Assembly (NCBI GenBank): GCA_017853275.1
Contig: JAFMJV010000003.1
Location: forward strand, 64,649 to 128,648
DNA length: 64,000 bases
Direction of reading: 5' to 3'
Origin: Chloroflexota bacterium
Lineage (GTDB): Bacteria; Chloroflexota; Limnocylindria; Limnocylindrales; CSP1-4
The notes under the pieces are model-generated. The model was not told where the DNA came from, did not search any database, and saw nothing but the letters and a program-made list of their open reading frames with translations. The stretch's first letter is position 1. Every line of letters starts with the position of its first letter. Positions 9,418-19,393 of the stretch are shown here, piece after piece. A program made the translations under genes and the position numbers.

Positions 9418-10453
9418 ATCCCGGGCACGACCACCGGCCGAGGACCTTCGCCGCCCCACGATCGATGACGTCGCGCGGCGAGCCGGAGTCTCGATCTCGA
9501 CGGTGAGCCGGGTCATGAACGGGTCGGCCCCGGTCGTCGATGCAAAGGCGGATCGCGTGCGCCGCGCGATGCGCGAGCTCGAGTACCGGCCGGCGACCGC
9601 CGCGCAGGTGCTCGCACGCCGACGCACGAAGACGGTCGGCCTCCTCCTCTCCCGGATCTCCGGTGACTACGTCGCCTCGCTCCTGAGGGGGATCGAGACG
9701 GAGGTCTCCGCCGCCGGCATGAACCTGCTCGTGAGCACAGCGGGGGCGGGGCGCTCGTCGGCGCTCGGCGAGCACAACACGGACGGGCTCCTCGTCTTCG
9801 CAGACGGGATGAGCGACGACGACCTTCGGTTCGCCTGGGCGAGACGGCATCCCGTCGTCCTGCTGCATCGCACGCCGCCCCGGGATCTCGCGATCCCCAG
9901 CGTCACGGTGGAGAACAAGGGGGGTGCCCGCCAGCTGGTCGACCACCTGATCGAGGCGCACGGAGCCCGGTCGATCGCCTACCTCCGCGGCCCTGCGGGG
10001 CATGAGGACTCCCGCTGGCGCGAGCTCGGCTATCGCGATTCGCTCGCTGCCCACGGGATCACCGTCGACCCGGACCTGATCGGGGATGGAGGCTTCACGA
10101 GCTCCGGGGGCGAACGACAGGCCGCCGCCTGGATCGCCGGTGGGCTCGCGTTCGACGCCGTCTTCGCCGGGGACGACGCTGCAGCGGTCGGCGTCCTGCA
10201 GGCGCTCCGGCGTCTGGCGCCGGAGCGGCGAGTCGCGGTCGTCGGCTTCGATGACACACCCCTCGCCCGCCATGTGGCGCCGTCGCTCACGACGGTCCGC
10301 GCGCCGACCGAAGCGGTCGGATCGGCCGCGGTCCGAAGGCTCCTGGAGATGGGGAGCGCGGATCCGGAAGCGCCGCTCCTCACGCTGCTGCCGACACACA
10401 TCGTCCTGCGCCGGTCGTGCGGGTGTCCCGGGGACCGGGAGGAGCAGGGATGA
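9401..10453 (+). CDS. LacI-family transcriptional regulator
   Basis: HTH TIDDVARRAGVSISTVSRVMNG followed by a periplasmic-binding-fold effector domain. Start is uncertain: ATG 9401 is preferred over TTG 9362 from the track. Confidence 0.85.
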   Translation: MSKALSSRARPPAEDLRRPTIDDVARRAGVSISTVSRVMNGSAPVVDAKADRVRRAMRELEYRPATAAQVLARRRTKTVGLLLSRISGDYVASLLRGIETEVSAAGMNLLVSTAGAGRSSALGEHNTDGLLVFADGMSDDDLRFAWARRHPVVLLHRTPPRDLAIPSVTVENKGGARQLVDHLIEAHGARSIAYLRGPAGHEDSRWRELGYRDSLAAHGITVDPDLIGDGGFTSSGGERQAAAWIAGGLAFDAVFAGDDAAAVGVLQALRRLAPERRVAVVGFDDTPLARHVAPSLTTVRAPTEAVGSAAVRRLLEMGSADPEAPLLTLLPTHIVLRRSCGCPGDREEQG

Positions 10454-11748
10454 TCAAGGTCGCGGTGATCGGCGGCGGATCGACCTACACGCCCGAGCTC
10501 ATCCAGGGGTTCCTCGCCCGTCGGGGACGGCTCCCGGTCGGAGAGGTCTGGCTCGTGGATCCCGACCCGGACCGCCTCGCGGTGGTGGGGGGGCTGACGG
10601 CCCGGATGGTGGCGGCGGCCGGCGGCCCGTTCCGCGTGGTCCTCACCGGCGATCGCCGTGCGGCGATCTCGGGTGCGGACTACGTGGTGACGCAGCTTCG
10701 GGTGGGCCGGATGGCGGCTCGCGAGGGAGACGAGCAGCTCGGGCGGCGCCACGGCCTGGTCGGCCAGGAGACGACCGGTGTGGGTGGGTTCGCGAAGGCG
10801 CTGCGCACGGTCCCGGTCATCCTCGAGATCGCTGCGGAGATCGCCGCGGAGGCACCGGCGGCACTCCTGGTGAACTTCACGAACCCCGCCGGCCTCGTCA
10901 CCGAGGCCCTCTTCCGCCACGCGCCACAGGTCCGGGCGGTCGGCGTCTGCAACGGACCGCCCCATCTGCAGATGGAGATCCTCGCTGCTCTCGCGGACGG
11001 AGGGCCGGCGATCGACCCGGAGCGCAGCGCCCTCGAGACCCTCGGCCTGAACCACCTCGGGTGGTACCGCGGCTTCCGCCTTGACGGGCGGGACCTGTGG
11101 CCGGAGGTGATGGACCGCTGGATCCGGCGGATGCGTGAGACCCCCGATCCTGCGTGGGACCCGGACCTGCTCGCCGCGCTGGGCATGATCCCGAACTCCT
11201 ATCTCCGCTACTTCTATGACACCGCGCGGGTCGTGGACGAGCAGGCCGGATCGCCGACACGCGCGAGCACGGTGATGGCGATCGAAGCGGAGCTTCTCCG
11301 TGATTACGCCGACCCGGACCGCGTGGCGCCGCCGGCCACACTGATGCAGCGGGGGGGCGCCTACTACTCCACGGTCGCCACGCAGCTGATCGACGCCCAT
11401 CACAACGGACGCGGAACCACGCACATCGTCAACGTCCGTCACGCGGGCGCCGTCCCCGGATGGGACCCGTCATGGGTCCTCGAGCTCCCCGCTCGCGTAG
11501 ACCGGGACGGGATCCACCCGATCCCGACCGAGCCGCTGCCGGCGGTCGTCGCGGGGCTCCTCCATCACGTGAAGGCCTACGAGCTGCTCGCCGTGGAAGC
11601 GGCCGTCCACGGAGACCCTCGGGTGGCCCTCCAGGCGCTCATCGCGCACCCGCTCGGGCCCTCGATGCGCCGAGCCGAGGCCCTGCTCGAGGACCTTCTG
11701 CAGACGAACGCCACCTACCTGCCGCGCTTCCGGACGCCGGCGCCATGA
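10450..11748 (+). CDS. GH4 family 6-phospho-beta-glucosidase (ChbF/CelF-like, NAD/Mn dependent)
   Basis: MIKVAVIGGGSTYTPELIQGF...VVTQLRVG...GQETTGVGGFAKALRTVPV...NFTNPAG...GVCN closely parallels E. coli ChbF as I recall it. Confidence 0.85.
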   Translation: MIKVAVIGGGSTYTPELIQGFLARRGRLPVGEVWLVDPDPDRLAVVGGLTARMVAAAGGPFRVVLTGDRRAAISGADYVVTQLRVGRMAAREGDEQLGRRHGLVGQETTGVGGFAKALRTVPVILEIAAEIAAEAPAALLVNFTNPAGLVTEALFRHAPQVRAVGVCNGPPHLQMEILAALADGGPAIDPERSALETLGLNHLGWYRGFRLDGRDLWPEVMDRWIRRMRETPDPAWDPDLLAALGMIPNSYLRYFYDTARVVDEQAGSPTRASTVMAIEAELLRDYADPDRVAPPATLMQRGGAYYSTVATQLIDAHHNGRGTTHIVNVRHAGAVPGWDPSWVLELPARVDRDGIHPIPTEPLPAVVAGLLHHVKAYELLAVEAAVHGDPRVALQALIAHPLGPSMRRAEALLEDLLQTNATYLPRFRTPAP

Positions 11749-12767
11749 GGATCTTCCTGGGTGGCGACCTCGGCGGGACCAAGTCCCATCTCCTGCTCGC
11801 GGACGAGGCGGGACGCGTCCTCGGCTTCGCGGCAGGGGGCGGGGCGAACCACGAGGCGGTGGGATACGGCGCGGTCACGGAGGTGGTCCGGTCGCTCTTC
11901 CGGGAGGTCCTCGCATCGGCGGGCATCGGCGCCACCCGGGTCACCGCCGCGGGCTTCGGCATCGCCGGTCTCGACTGGGGATCGGAGGAGCCGGCCCAGC
12001 TGGCAGCCCTCCGGGCGGCGGGGGTCGATGGCTTCCCGGTCACGGTCGTGAACGACGCGGTGGTCGGCCTCCTCGCGGGGGCGACGGAAGGGTGGGGGAT
12101 CGGCCTCGTCTCGGGGACCGGGTGCAACTGCTGGGGCCTCGATCGCGATGGTCGACTCGGACGGGTCCTGGGCATGGGTGCGCGGGTCGGGGAGTTCGCG
12201 GGGGCCTCCGCGCTCGTGACGCGGGCCGTCTGGGCGATCTCGCGAGCGGCCACGCGACGCGGGCCCGAGACCGCCCTCACGGATGCCTTCCTCACCGCCT
12301 TTCGGGCCGCTGATGCGCTCGCCTTTCTCGAGGGCTACTGCGAGGAGCGCTATCCGGTGGATGCCTCCCTCGCCCCGCTGGTCTTCTCCGTCGCCGAAGC
12401 CGGCGACCGGGTGGCGACGGAGTGCATCGCGTGGGCAGGGCGCGAGCTGGCCGACCTCGTCACGGGTGTCGCCCGGCAGCTCGACCTGACCGGCTCGTCC
12501 TTCGAGCTCGTCCTGATCGGGAGCCTCTTCCGGGGCGGACCCCTCCTCCTCGACCCACTCCTCGCCGCGGTCCGTGCGGAAGCCCCGGGCGCGCGGACAG
12601 TCACCCTCTCCGGTCCCCCGGTCATCGGCGGCGTGGTCCTCGCCATGCGCCGCGCGGGGATCGATCGACGCGATATCGACCGGCAGCGGCTTGCCGGGTC
12701 GATCCAGACGGACCGGTCGCCGGTGCTCGCCCCGCGACCCCATGAGCTCGAGGAGGTCTACTCATGA
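11745..12767 (+). CDS. BadF/BadG/BcrA/BcrD-type ATPase, N-acetylglucosamine-kinase-like sugar kinase
   Basis: MRIFLGGDLGGTKSHLLLADEAG...GGGANHEAVGY and GLVSGTGCNCWG are ASKHA-fold phosphate motifs. ATGA overlap at 11745. Confidence 0.7.
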   Translation: MRIFLGGDLGGTKSHLLLADEAGRVLGFAAGGGANHEAVGYGAVTEVVRSLFREVLASAGIGATRVTAAGFGIAGLDWGSEEPAQLAALRAAGVDGFPVTVVNDAVVGLLAGATEGWGIGLVSGTGCNCWGLDRDGRLGRVLGMGARVGEFAGASALVTRAVWAISRAATRRGPETALTDAFLTAFRAADALAFLEGYCEERYPVDASLAPLVFSVAEAGDRVATECIAWAGRELADLVTGVARQLDLTGSSFELVLIGSLFRGGPLLLDPLLAAVRAEAPGARTVTLSGPPVIGGVVLAMRRAGIDRRDIDRQRLAGSIQTDRSPVLAPRPHELEEVYS

Positions 12768-14041
12768 CGACGCTCGGCGATCCCGTGGGGACGAGCACGC
12801 TCCCTGCGATCCTCGGCGGACCGCGCGCGCGGCAGGACGACTACCCCGTCTGGCCCGAGCATGACGAGCGCGACGTTGAGGCAGTGGCGCGCGTCGTCCG
12901 CTCCGGGCGCTGGGGTGGCTTCCCGTTCCCCGGACCCGAGACGGCTCGCTTCGCGGAGCGGTTCGCTGCGCTCCAGGGGGGCGGGACCGCCGTCCCGATG
13001 GTCAACGGCACGATCACGATGGAGGTCGCGATGCGCGCGGCCGGCATCGGCTGGGGTGACGAGGTGATCGTCCCCGCCTACACCTTCCAGGCAACGGCGG
13101 CGGCTCCGATGGCGGCAGGGGCGCTGCCGGTCATCGTGGACATCGACCCCGAGACCTACTGCATCGACCCCGCAGCGGTGGAGGCGGCGATCACGCCCCG
13201 CACGCGCGCGATCATCCCCGTCCACCTGGGCGCCCAGATGGCGGACATGGACGCGATCATGCGCATCGCCGAGGCCCACGACCTGATCGTCGTGGAGGAC
13301 TGCGCGCATGTGCCCGGCGCTGCCTGGCAGGGACGCGGTGCCGGGACGATCGGCCACTTCGGCTCCTTCAGCCTCCAGTCATCGAAGACGCTCACCTCGG
13401 GCGAGGGCGGCGTCCTCCTCTGCCGCACCCCCGAGCTCGCCCGCCGTGCGAGCTCGATCATCGACTGCGGGCGACCCAAGGACCCCGCCGGGATCGAGTA
13501 CACGCAGGGTTCGAACTACCGGATGACGGAGCTGCAGGCCGCCCTCGCCAATGTCGGCCTGGACCGCCTCCCCGGGCAGATCGCCGAGCGCGCGGAGAGC
13601 CGCGCCTACGCGGACCGGGTCCTCGGCTCCGTCCCCGGGGTCCGGATCCTGCCCGCCGACCCCCGCATGACGATCCCTGCCTTCTACCGCTACGTCTTCG
13701 CCGTGGACCCGGACCGCTTCGGCCTCGATCACCTTCAGGTCACCCGGGCGCTCGCGGCCGAGGGGGTCCCGTCCTGGATCGGGTACGAGGCGATGCATCG
13801 GTACACGCTCTTCCAGCCGCAGACGACGCGCCTGCCGGTCCCGACCGCCTTCCCCGAGTACTTCCGGTTCGAGACGATGTCCTTCCCGGAAGCGGAGCGG
13901 GCCGCCGAGCGTGAGGCTGTCTGGCTCGATGAGCGGATCTTCCGCGCGGGGACGGACGGGGTGGACGCGGTGGTCGATGCGCTCCGGAAGATCCAGGCGC
14001 ACGCGCCCGCCATCGCCGGCCACCTGGGAGGAGCCGCCTGA
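12764..14041 (+). CDS. DegT/DnrJ/EryC1/StrS-family PLP-dependent sugar aminotransferase
   Basis: Family blocks NGTITMEVAMRAAGIGWGDEVIVPAYTF, IIPVHLGAQ and SFSLQSSKTLTSGEGG, the last containing the putative PLP lysine. Confidence 0.85.
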   Translation: MTTLGDPVGTSTLPAILGGPRARQDDYPVWPEHDERDVEAVARVVRSGRWGGFPFPGPETARFAERFAALQGGGTAVPMVNGTITMEVAMRAAGIGWGDEVIVPAYTFQATAAAPMAAGALPVIVDIDPETYCIDPAAVEAAITPRTRAIIPVHLGAQMADMDAIMRIAEAHDLIVVEDCAHVPGAAWQGRGAGTIGHFGSFSLQSSKTLTSGEGGVLLCRTPELARRASSIIDCGRPKDPAGIEYTQGSNYRMTELQAALANVGLDRLPGQIAERAESRAYADRVLGSVPGVRILPADPRMTIPAFYRYVFAVDPDRFGLDHLQVTRALAAEGVPSWIGYEAMHRYTLFQPQTTRLPVPTAFPEYFRFETMSFPEAERAAEREAVWLDERIFRAGTDGVDAVVDALRKIQAHAPAIAGHLGGAA

Positions 14042-14042
14042 G

Positions 14043-14840
14043 ATGACCGCGGGTGAGCTCGCGGGAGAGGTCGCCGTCGTGACCGGGGCCGCGCAGGGGA
14101 TCGGGGAGGCGATCGCGCGGCGGCTGGCCGCGGCCGGGGCGCGCGTCGCGCTGGCAGACCTCCAGGCGGAGAAGGCGGAGGGGGTCGCGGCTTCGATCCG
14201 CGCGGCAGGCGGCGAGGCGCTCGCCTTCCCCGTGGATATCGCCGATGGAGCCTCCCTCGACCGGCTCCGGTCACAGGTCCGGTCGGCCTTCGGCCCGGTC
14301 ACGATCCTCGTGGCGAACGCGGCCCGGATCACGATCCGGCCCTTCCTCGAGCTCACGGACGCGGAGTGGGAGGCGACGGTCGCGACGAACGTGACGGGGA
14401 CCTACCTCACGATCCGCCGTTTCTGCGATGAGATGATCGACGCACATCGCGGCAGCATCATCGTCATCTCGTCGGTGAACGGCCTGCGGGGACAGGTCGG
14501 GCTCTCGGCGTACAACGTCACAAAGGCTGCCCTCGTGATGCTCGCCCGGACGGTCGCCCTGGAGCTGGCCGGTCATGGGATCCGCGTGAATGCGATCGCT
14601 CCCGGGGACATCGCCACGGCCATCGTCGACCAGGTCGCGGACCAGGACGGAGCCCAGGGGACGATCCCGCTCCGGCGCTATGGCCGTCCCGAGGAGGTCG
14701 CCGAGACAGCCCTCTTCCTCGCCTCGGCACGCGCTGCATACACGACCGGCTCCGTCGTGACCGTCGATGGCGGTCTGGACGCACAGCTCTATCCGGGCGA
14801 CATCTTCGCCTCGGGAGAGGCTCCGGGGGCGAACGGATGA
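14043..14840 (+). CDS. Short-chain dehydrogenase/reductase (SDR)
   Basis: TGAAQGIGEAIA Rossmann motif together with SSVNG, a YNVTK catalytic Y/K and PGDIAT. Start ATG 14043 comes 2 nt after the preceding stop. Confidence 0.85.
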   Translation: MTAGELAGEVAVVTGAAQGIGEAIARRLAAAGARVALADLQAEKAEGVAASIRAAGGEALAFPVDIADGASLDRLRSQVRSAFGPVTILVANAARITIRPFLELTDAEWEATVATNVTGTYLTIRRFCDEMIDAHRGSIIVISSVNGLRGQVGLSAYNVTKAALVMLARTVALELAGHGIRVNAIAPGDIATAIVDQVADQDGAQGTIPLRRYGRPEEVAETALFLASARAAYTTGSVVTVDGGLDAQLYPGDIFASGEAPGANG

Positions 14841-16102
14841 CCGACGGGCTCACCGCGTCGCTGGAGGCCAGCATCAGGGAGATCCCGGTGGTGGACTGCC
14901 ACGAGCACACCTTCCTGCCGGACCGGCGGCCCGCGCGGGTGGATCTCGGGACGCTCGTAGCCGGCTCCGACCTCGCGGACGACCTGATCTCCGCCGGGAT
15001 GCCCGCCGAGGCCCGTGCCCGTCTCGGGTATGCCGACGCCGCGCCCTTCCTCGGCCACGTGCGGAACACGGGCTTCAGCCGCAGCCTGATGGCGGCCTTC
15101 GCGGAGCTCTTCGACTTCCGCGAGGAGACGATCTCGGCGACGGACTGGGAAGCGCTCTCGGAGCTCCTGGCAACGGCGAACACGCGACCCGGCTGGTACG
15201 ACGACGTCCTCGGGCGCGGCCGGGTGACGACCATCCTCCGGATCCAGGGCGATGAGCCGGACCCGCTCGCAGTGCCACGGCGCTGGTTCCGGCCGATCCT
15301 GCGGATCGACCCGTGGATCGTGGAGGCGGGGAGCACGACGGAGCGGGAGCGGATCGCCGAGCGCGCCGGGGGGCGTGGAACGACCCTCGCGGGCTACCTC
15401 GAGGCGCTCGACGGGTGGTTCTCGGCAGCGGCCGCGGGCGGAGCGGTCGGGATCAAGTCGATGCTCGCCTATCGTCGGCCGCTGACCCACGGGCGACCCA
15501 CGGCCGAGGAGGCCGAGCGCCTCTTCCAGGCGAAGCACCGCTCGGCAGCCGAGGAGCGTGCCCTCGAGGACGCGATCGTCCACGCCGTGGCGGAGCGTGC
15601 CGGCAGAGCCGGCCTCCCGTGGCAGATCCACGTGGGGATCGGGTCATGGCAGACGAACATCGTCGGCAACGGCGATCCCGTCATGCTCGATCCCCTCGTG
15701 TCCGCCCACCGGGGGACCACCTTCGTCCTCCTCCATGGGGGCTACCCCTACCTCGGACAGATCGGCTCCATGGCGAAGAACCACCCGAACGTGGTCATCG
15801 AGTGCGGCTGGCTCGCGTATATCGCGCCGGCCGCCTACCGGCGAGCCCTCGCCGAGTGGCTGGACTCGGTCCCTGTCTCCAAGATCCTCGCGGTGGGCGC
15901 CGACTGCGCGCACGTGGAGCAGACGCTCGGGGCGCTGCTCCTGACGCGACACGACCTGGCGCGCGTGCTTGCGGAGAAGATCCGCCACGACGGCTGGTCG
16001 GAGAAGGAGGCCATATCGTCGGCCCACGCCCTGCTGGGCGGGAACGCCGGCTCGGTCTACCGCCTGGACGGCGCCGGGGGAGGGGGTGGCACGCGGGCCT
16101 GA
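14837..16102 (+). CDS. Amidohydrolase-superfamily metal-dependent hydrolase (PF04909-like)
   Basis: N-terminal VVDCHEHTF metal motif, LLHGGYPY and a C-terminal LLGGNAGSVYRL are typical of TIM-barrel amidohydrolase_2 proteins. Substrate is unknown. Confidence 0.6.
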   Translation: MTDGLTASLEASIREIPVVDCHEHTFLPDRRPARVDLGTLVAGSDLADDLISAGMPAEARARLGYADAAPFLGHVRNTGFSRSLMAAFAELFDFREETISATDWEALSELLATANTRPGWYDDVLGRGRVTTILRIQGDEPDPLAVPRRWFRPILRIDPWIVEAGSTTERERIAERAGGRGTTLAGYLEALDGWFSAAAAGGAVGIKSMLAYRRPLTHGRPTAEEAERLFQAKHRSAAEERALEDAIVHAVAERAGRAGLPWQIHVGIGSWQTNIVGNGDPVMLDPLVSAHRGTTFVLLHGGYPYLGQIGSMAKNHPNVVIECGWLAYIAPAAYRRALAEWLDSVPVSKILAVGADCAHVEQTLGALLLTRHDLARVLAEKIRHDGWSEKEAISSAHALLGGNAGSVYRLDGAGGGGGTRA

Positions 16103-16136
16103 CATCCACTTTCCCTATCCGGACCTTCACCGACCG

Positions 16137-17468
16137 ATGAGAACCGTGGGAGGAACCATGCGTCGCCGAACCCTTCGGCTCCTGATCGCCGGGCTGATCC
16201 CGGCCACGATCGCGCTCGGCGCGGTCACCGGGCCGGTCGCGGCCCAGGATCCCCAGACGATCCGCATGTGGACGTGGAGCCAGTGGAACGGGGTCACGGG
16301 CCTCGAGCCCGACGGCCAGCCGCTCGACTGGTGGCGTGCCGCCGTGGATGCGTGGGCAGCCGAGCACCCCGGCGTCACCGTCGAGATCGAGGATCTCAAC
16401 GGCCAGGACCTGGACATCAATGCGAAGTACGACACCGCCGTGGCGGCCGGGAATATCGCCGACCTCATCTGGGTGGACGAGTCGTACTTCTCCAAGTACG
16501 CGTCTGCGGACGTGCTCGCCCCGATCGACGCCTACCTGACCGAGGAGGACCGCGCGGACTTCCTCGCCAAGAACCTGGAGCTGAGCGCCGCCGACGGCAA
16601 GCAGTGGTTCTGGCCCTACATCACCCAGGGGAACCACCTGGCGATCAACGTCGATCTCTTCCGCGCCGCAGGAGCGGAGGACCTGCTTCCCAAGGCGCCG
16701 GACTACACCTGGACGTGGGATGAGTTCGTGGCAGCGGCCAAGGCCGTCACGTCGCCCGAAGCGTTCGGTGTCGGGTTCAGCACGGATGGTGCCTACACGA
16801 TGGCCGAGGCGTGGGGGGACCACCTCTACGCCCAGGGCGACGAAAGCAAGGTCACGATCAACACCCAGAACACGGTCGATGCCTTCGAAGCCCTGATCGG
16901 GCTCACGAAGGACGGGACCGCCTTCCCGGGCTCCGGCACCGGTGCGGTGGACCTCGCGACAAACTTCCTCCAGGGCCGGATCGCCATGATCAACTCGTGG
17001 GGGATCATCAACGACATCGAGAAGCTCCCGGAGGGGGAGCGGTTCGACGCGATGCTCGTCCCCTTCCCGAGCGGGCCGAACGGCGAGCCGCTCGTCTGGG
17101 GTGGCGTCCATGGCCTGGCCGTCACGAAGCAGCCGAGCGCGGAGCGTGAGGCCCTCGTCATGGACCTTGCGCACTACCTCACCAGCTTCGAGGCGCTCAA
17201 GGACGTGCGCGCGTGGAGCAAGCCGGCCCGGCACTCGATCATCGCAGCCCAGGAAGCGGACGAGTCCTACCTCTTCCGCGACTTCCTGCCGATGTTCGAG
17301 GCGTACACGAACGTCGCGATCCCGCTCATGGGCCAGGGGCCGAACGCGGTCCCGGTCCTGATCAAGTACGAGCCCCTCGTCGAGGCGATGTTCACCGGGG
17401 ACCTGCCCCCCGCTGAAGCGCTCGCGCTCTTCGAGGCGGACGCGAACATGATCCTCGGAGCGCCCTGA
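16137..17468 (+). CDS. ABC transporter extracellular solute-binding protein (family 1, carbohydrate type)
   Basis: Signal-like RRRTLRLLIAGLIPATIALGAVTGPVAAQ followed by a family-1 SBP-like body. Start is ATG 16137 (or 16158) inside track ORF 15969-17468. Confidence 0.8.
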   Translation: MRTVGGTMRRRTLRLLIAGLIPATIALGAVTGPVAAQDPQTIRMWTWSQWNGVTGLEPDGQPLDWWRAAVDAWAAEHPGVTVEIEDLNGQDLDINAKYDTAVAAGNIADLIWVDESYFSKYASADVLAPIDAYLTEEDRADFLAKNLELSAADGKQWFWPYITQGNHLAINVDLFRAAGAEDLLPKAPDYTWTWDEFVAAAKAVTSPEAFGVGFSTDGAYTMAEAWGDHLYAQGDESKVTINTQNTVDAFEALIGLTKDGTAFPGSGTGAVDLATNFLQGRIAMINSWGIINDIEKLPEGERFDAMLVPFPSGPNGEPLVWGGVHGLAVTKQPSAEREALVMDLAHYLTSFEALKDVRAWSKPARHSIIAAQEADESYLFRDFLPMFEAYTNVAIPLMGQGPNAVPVLIKYEPLVEAMFTGDLPPAEALALFEADANMILGAP

Positions 17469-17482
17469 TCCACGGCTTCCAC

Positions 17483-17512
17483 CCCCGGGGCGGCCATCCG
17501 GCCGTCCCGGGG
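17483..17512 (+). terminator. 13-bp stem-loop (one G-U pair) between the SBP and permease genes
   Basis: ccccggggcggcc (17483-17495), atcc loop, ggccgtcccgggg (17500-17512). Intercistronic position matches mRNA-stability hairpins that follow SBP genes. Confidence 0.45.
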
Positions 17513-17538
17513 GGCGACCCATTCCCATCGAGGCATCG

Positions 17539-18489
17539 ATGACGGAGACGAACACAGCGACCGGAGACCGCACCCTGGGCCGACGGATCTGGCGCGCCCG
17601 GTGGGCCTATCTCTTCGTGCTCGTCCCCGCGGTCCTCTTCCTCGTCTTCGAGCTTTACCCCTTCATCCGGGCCACGGGCTACAGCGTCTCGTCGTGGACG
17701 ATCCGCGGCCCGGGTGAGTTCGTGGGCCTGGAGAACTACGCGGCGATCTTCCGGGACCGGATCTTCTGGAAGGCGCTCATGAACACGATCGCGTACGCGG
17801 TGATCGTGGTGGGGGGCAGCGTGGGTCTCTCGCTCGTCCTCTCCGCCGCGATGTACCCGCTGGCGACGCGCGCGAAGTCCTTTTTCAAGATGGCCTTCTA
17901 CCTGCCGGCGGTCGCTTCGATCGTCGTGGTCGCGCTGGTCTGGCGCTGGATGTACCAGCCTGCCTTCGGCCTCTTCAACCACCTCGCGGCGATCATCGGG
18001 ATCGGTCCGTTCGGCTTCCTCACGGACACCTCGCAGTCGCTCGCCTCGATCATGCTCATGCAGATCTTCTCCAACCCCACGATCGGGATCGGCGCCTCGG
18101 TCATCCTCGTGCTCGCGGCGATGAACAGCATCCCGACCCACCTCTACGAGGCGGCGATGCTGGACGGGGCGGGGACCGTCGCGCGCTTCCGGCGCATCAC
18201 CGTCCCCCTTCTCCGGCCGACCGTCGTCTTCCTCGTGATCATCGGGACGGTGGAGGCATTCCGGGAGTTCACGGCGATCTACCTGATGACCAGCTCCTCG
18301 TCGGGCCAGGCGCTGTCGGGGGGCGGGCCCTTCTACTCGACGACGACGCTCGCCTACTACACCTACGTCCAGGCCTTCCTCGCCCGGCAGGTCGGCGTGG
18401 CATCGGCGGCAGCGATGGTCCTCCTCGCGATCGTCTTCGTCGTGGCGGTCATCCAGTTCCGCCGGTTCAACACCGAGATCGAGTACTAG
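17539..18489 (+). CDS. Carbohydrate ABC transporter permease (MalF/UgpA-like)
   Basis: Six predicted TM segments and an EAA-loop-like YEAAMLDGAGTVARFRRITVPLLRP. Confidence 0.85.
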   Translation: MTETNTATGDRTLGRRIWRARWAYLFVLVPAVLFLVFELYPFIRATGYSVSSWTIRGPGEFVGLENYAAIFRDRIFWKALMNTIAYAVIVVGGSVGLSLVLSAAMYPLATRAKSFFKMAFYLPAVASIVVVALVWRWMYQPAFGLFNHLAAIIGIGPFGFLTDTSQSLASIMLMQIFSNPTIGIGASVILVLAAMNSIPTHLYEAAMLDGAGTVARFRRITVPLLRPTVVFLVIIGTVEAFREFTAIYLMTSSSSGQALSGGGPFYSTTTLAYYTYVQAFLARQVGVASAAAMVLLAIVFVVAVIQFRRFNTEIEY

Positions 18490-18498
18490 GGGAGAACG

Positions 18499-19389
18499 AT
18501 GGCGACCTTCGATCGGACGCGGCCATCCGCGCAGGCGGATCTGCCCGGGGGAGGACGCGGGCGGCTTCGCCCCGATTCGTTGCCGCGGATCCTGGCCTAC
18601 GTGATCGTGGGATCGATGGCGATCGCCTCGCTCATGCCCCTTTACTGGATGTTCACGACATCCCTGAAGGACCAGGCGGCCTACATGGCACAGCCGCCGG
18701 AGATGCTCCCCGGCGATCCGACCCTCGCGAACTTCGGGCAGCTCTTCGCGAACCCGAACATGCTCCGGTGGATCTTCAACAGCGCGTTCGTCGCCCTCTC
18801 GGTGACCGGCCTCAACCTGGTCTTCGCGACCCTGGCCGGGTATGCCTTCGCGAAGATGTCCTTTCCGGGGCGGCGCTGGATGTTCTGGATCTACCTCGCG
18901 ACGATGATGGTCCCCTTCCAGGTCACGATCTTCGCCCTCTTCCAGCTGATGGTCACGATCGGCTGGGTGAATACCTACTGGGCGCTGATCATCCCGGCGA
19001 TGGCCCTTCCCTACAACGTCTTCCTGATGCGCCAGTTCATGCATACGCTGCCCAACGAGATCCTGGACGCCGGGCGGATCGACGGTTGCTCAGAGATCCA
19101 GCTGGTTCGCAGGGTCGTCGTACCCATGAGCACGAATGGTCTTGCCGTCGTGGGGATCTTCACCTTCATCACCACCTGGAACAACTTCCTGTGGCCGCTG
19201 GTGATCCTGAACACGGAGGAGATGCGGACCCTTCCGATCGCGCTCTCGACCTTCCAGAGCACGAACGAGACGGACTACGGCCTGCTCATGGCCGGGGGTG
19301 TCCTGATGGCGATCCCGATGTTCATGATCTTCTTCGCGTTCCAGCGGTACTTCCTCCAGGGAGTCACCTTCGGTGGCCTGAAGGGGTAG
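18499..19389 (+). CDS. Carbohydrate ABC transporter permease (MalG/UgpE-like)
   Basis: Polytopic product with the EAA-loop-like motif LDAGRIDGCSEIQLVRRVVVPMS. Confidence 0.85.
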   Translation: MATFDRTRPSAQADLPGGGRGRLRPDSLPRILAYVIVGSMAIASLMPLYWMFTTSLKDQAAYMAQPPEMLPGDPTLANFGQLFANPNMLRWIFNSAFVALSVTGLNLVFATLAGYAFAKMSFPGRRWMFWIYLATMMVPFQVTIFALFQLMVTIGWVNTYWALIIPAMALPYNVFLMRQFMHTLPNEILDAGRIDGCSEIQLVRRVVVPMSTNGLAVVGIFTFITTWNNFLWPLVILNTEEMRTLPIALSTFQSTNETDYGLLMAGGVLMAIPMFMIFFAFQRYFLQGVTFGGLKG

Positions 19390-19393
19390 GAGG

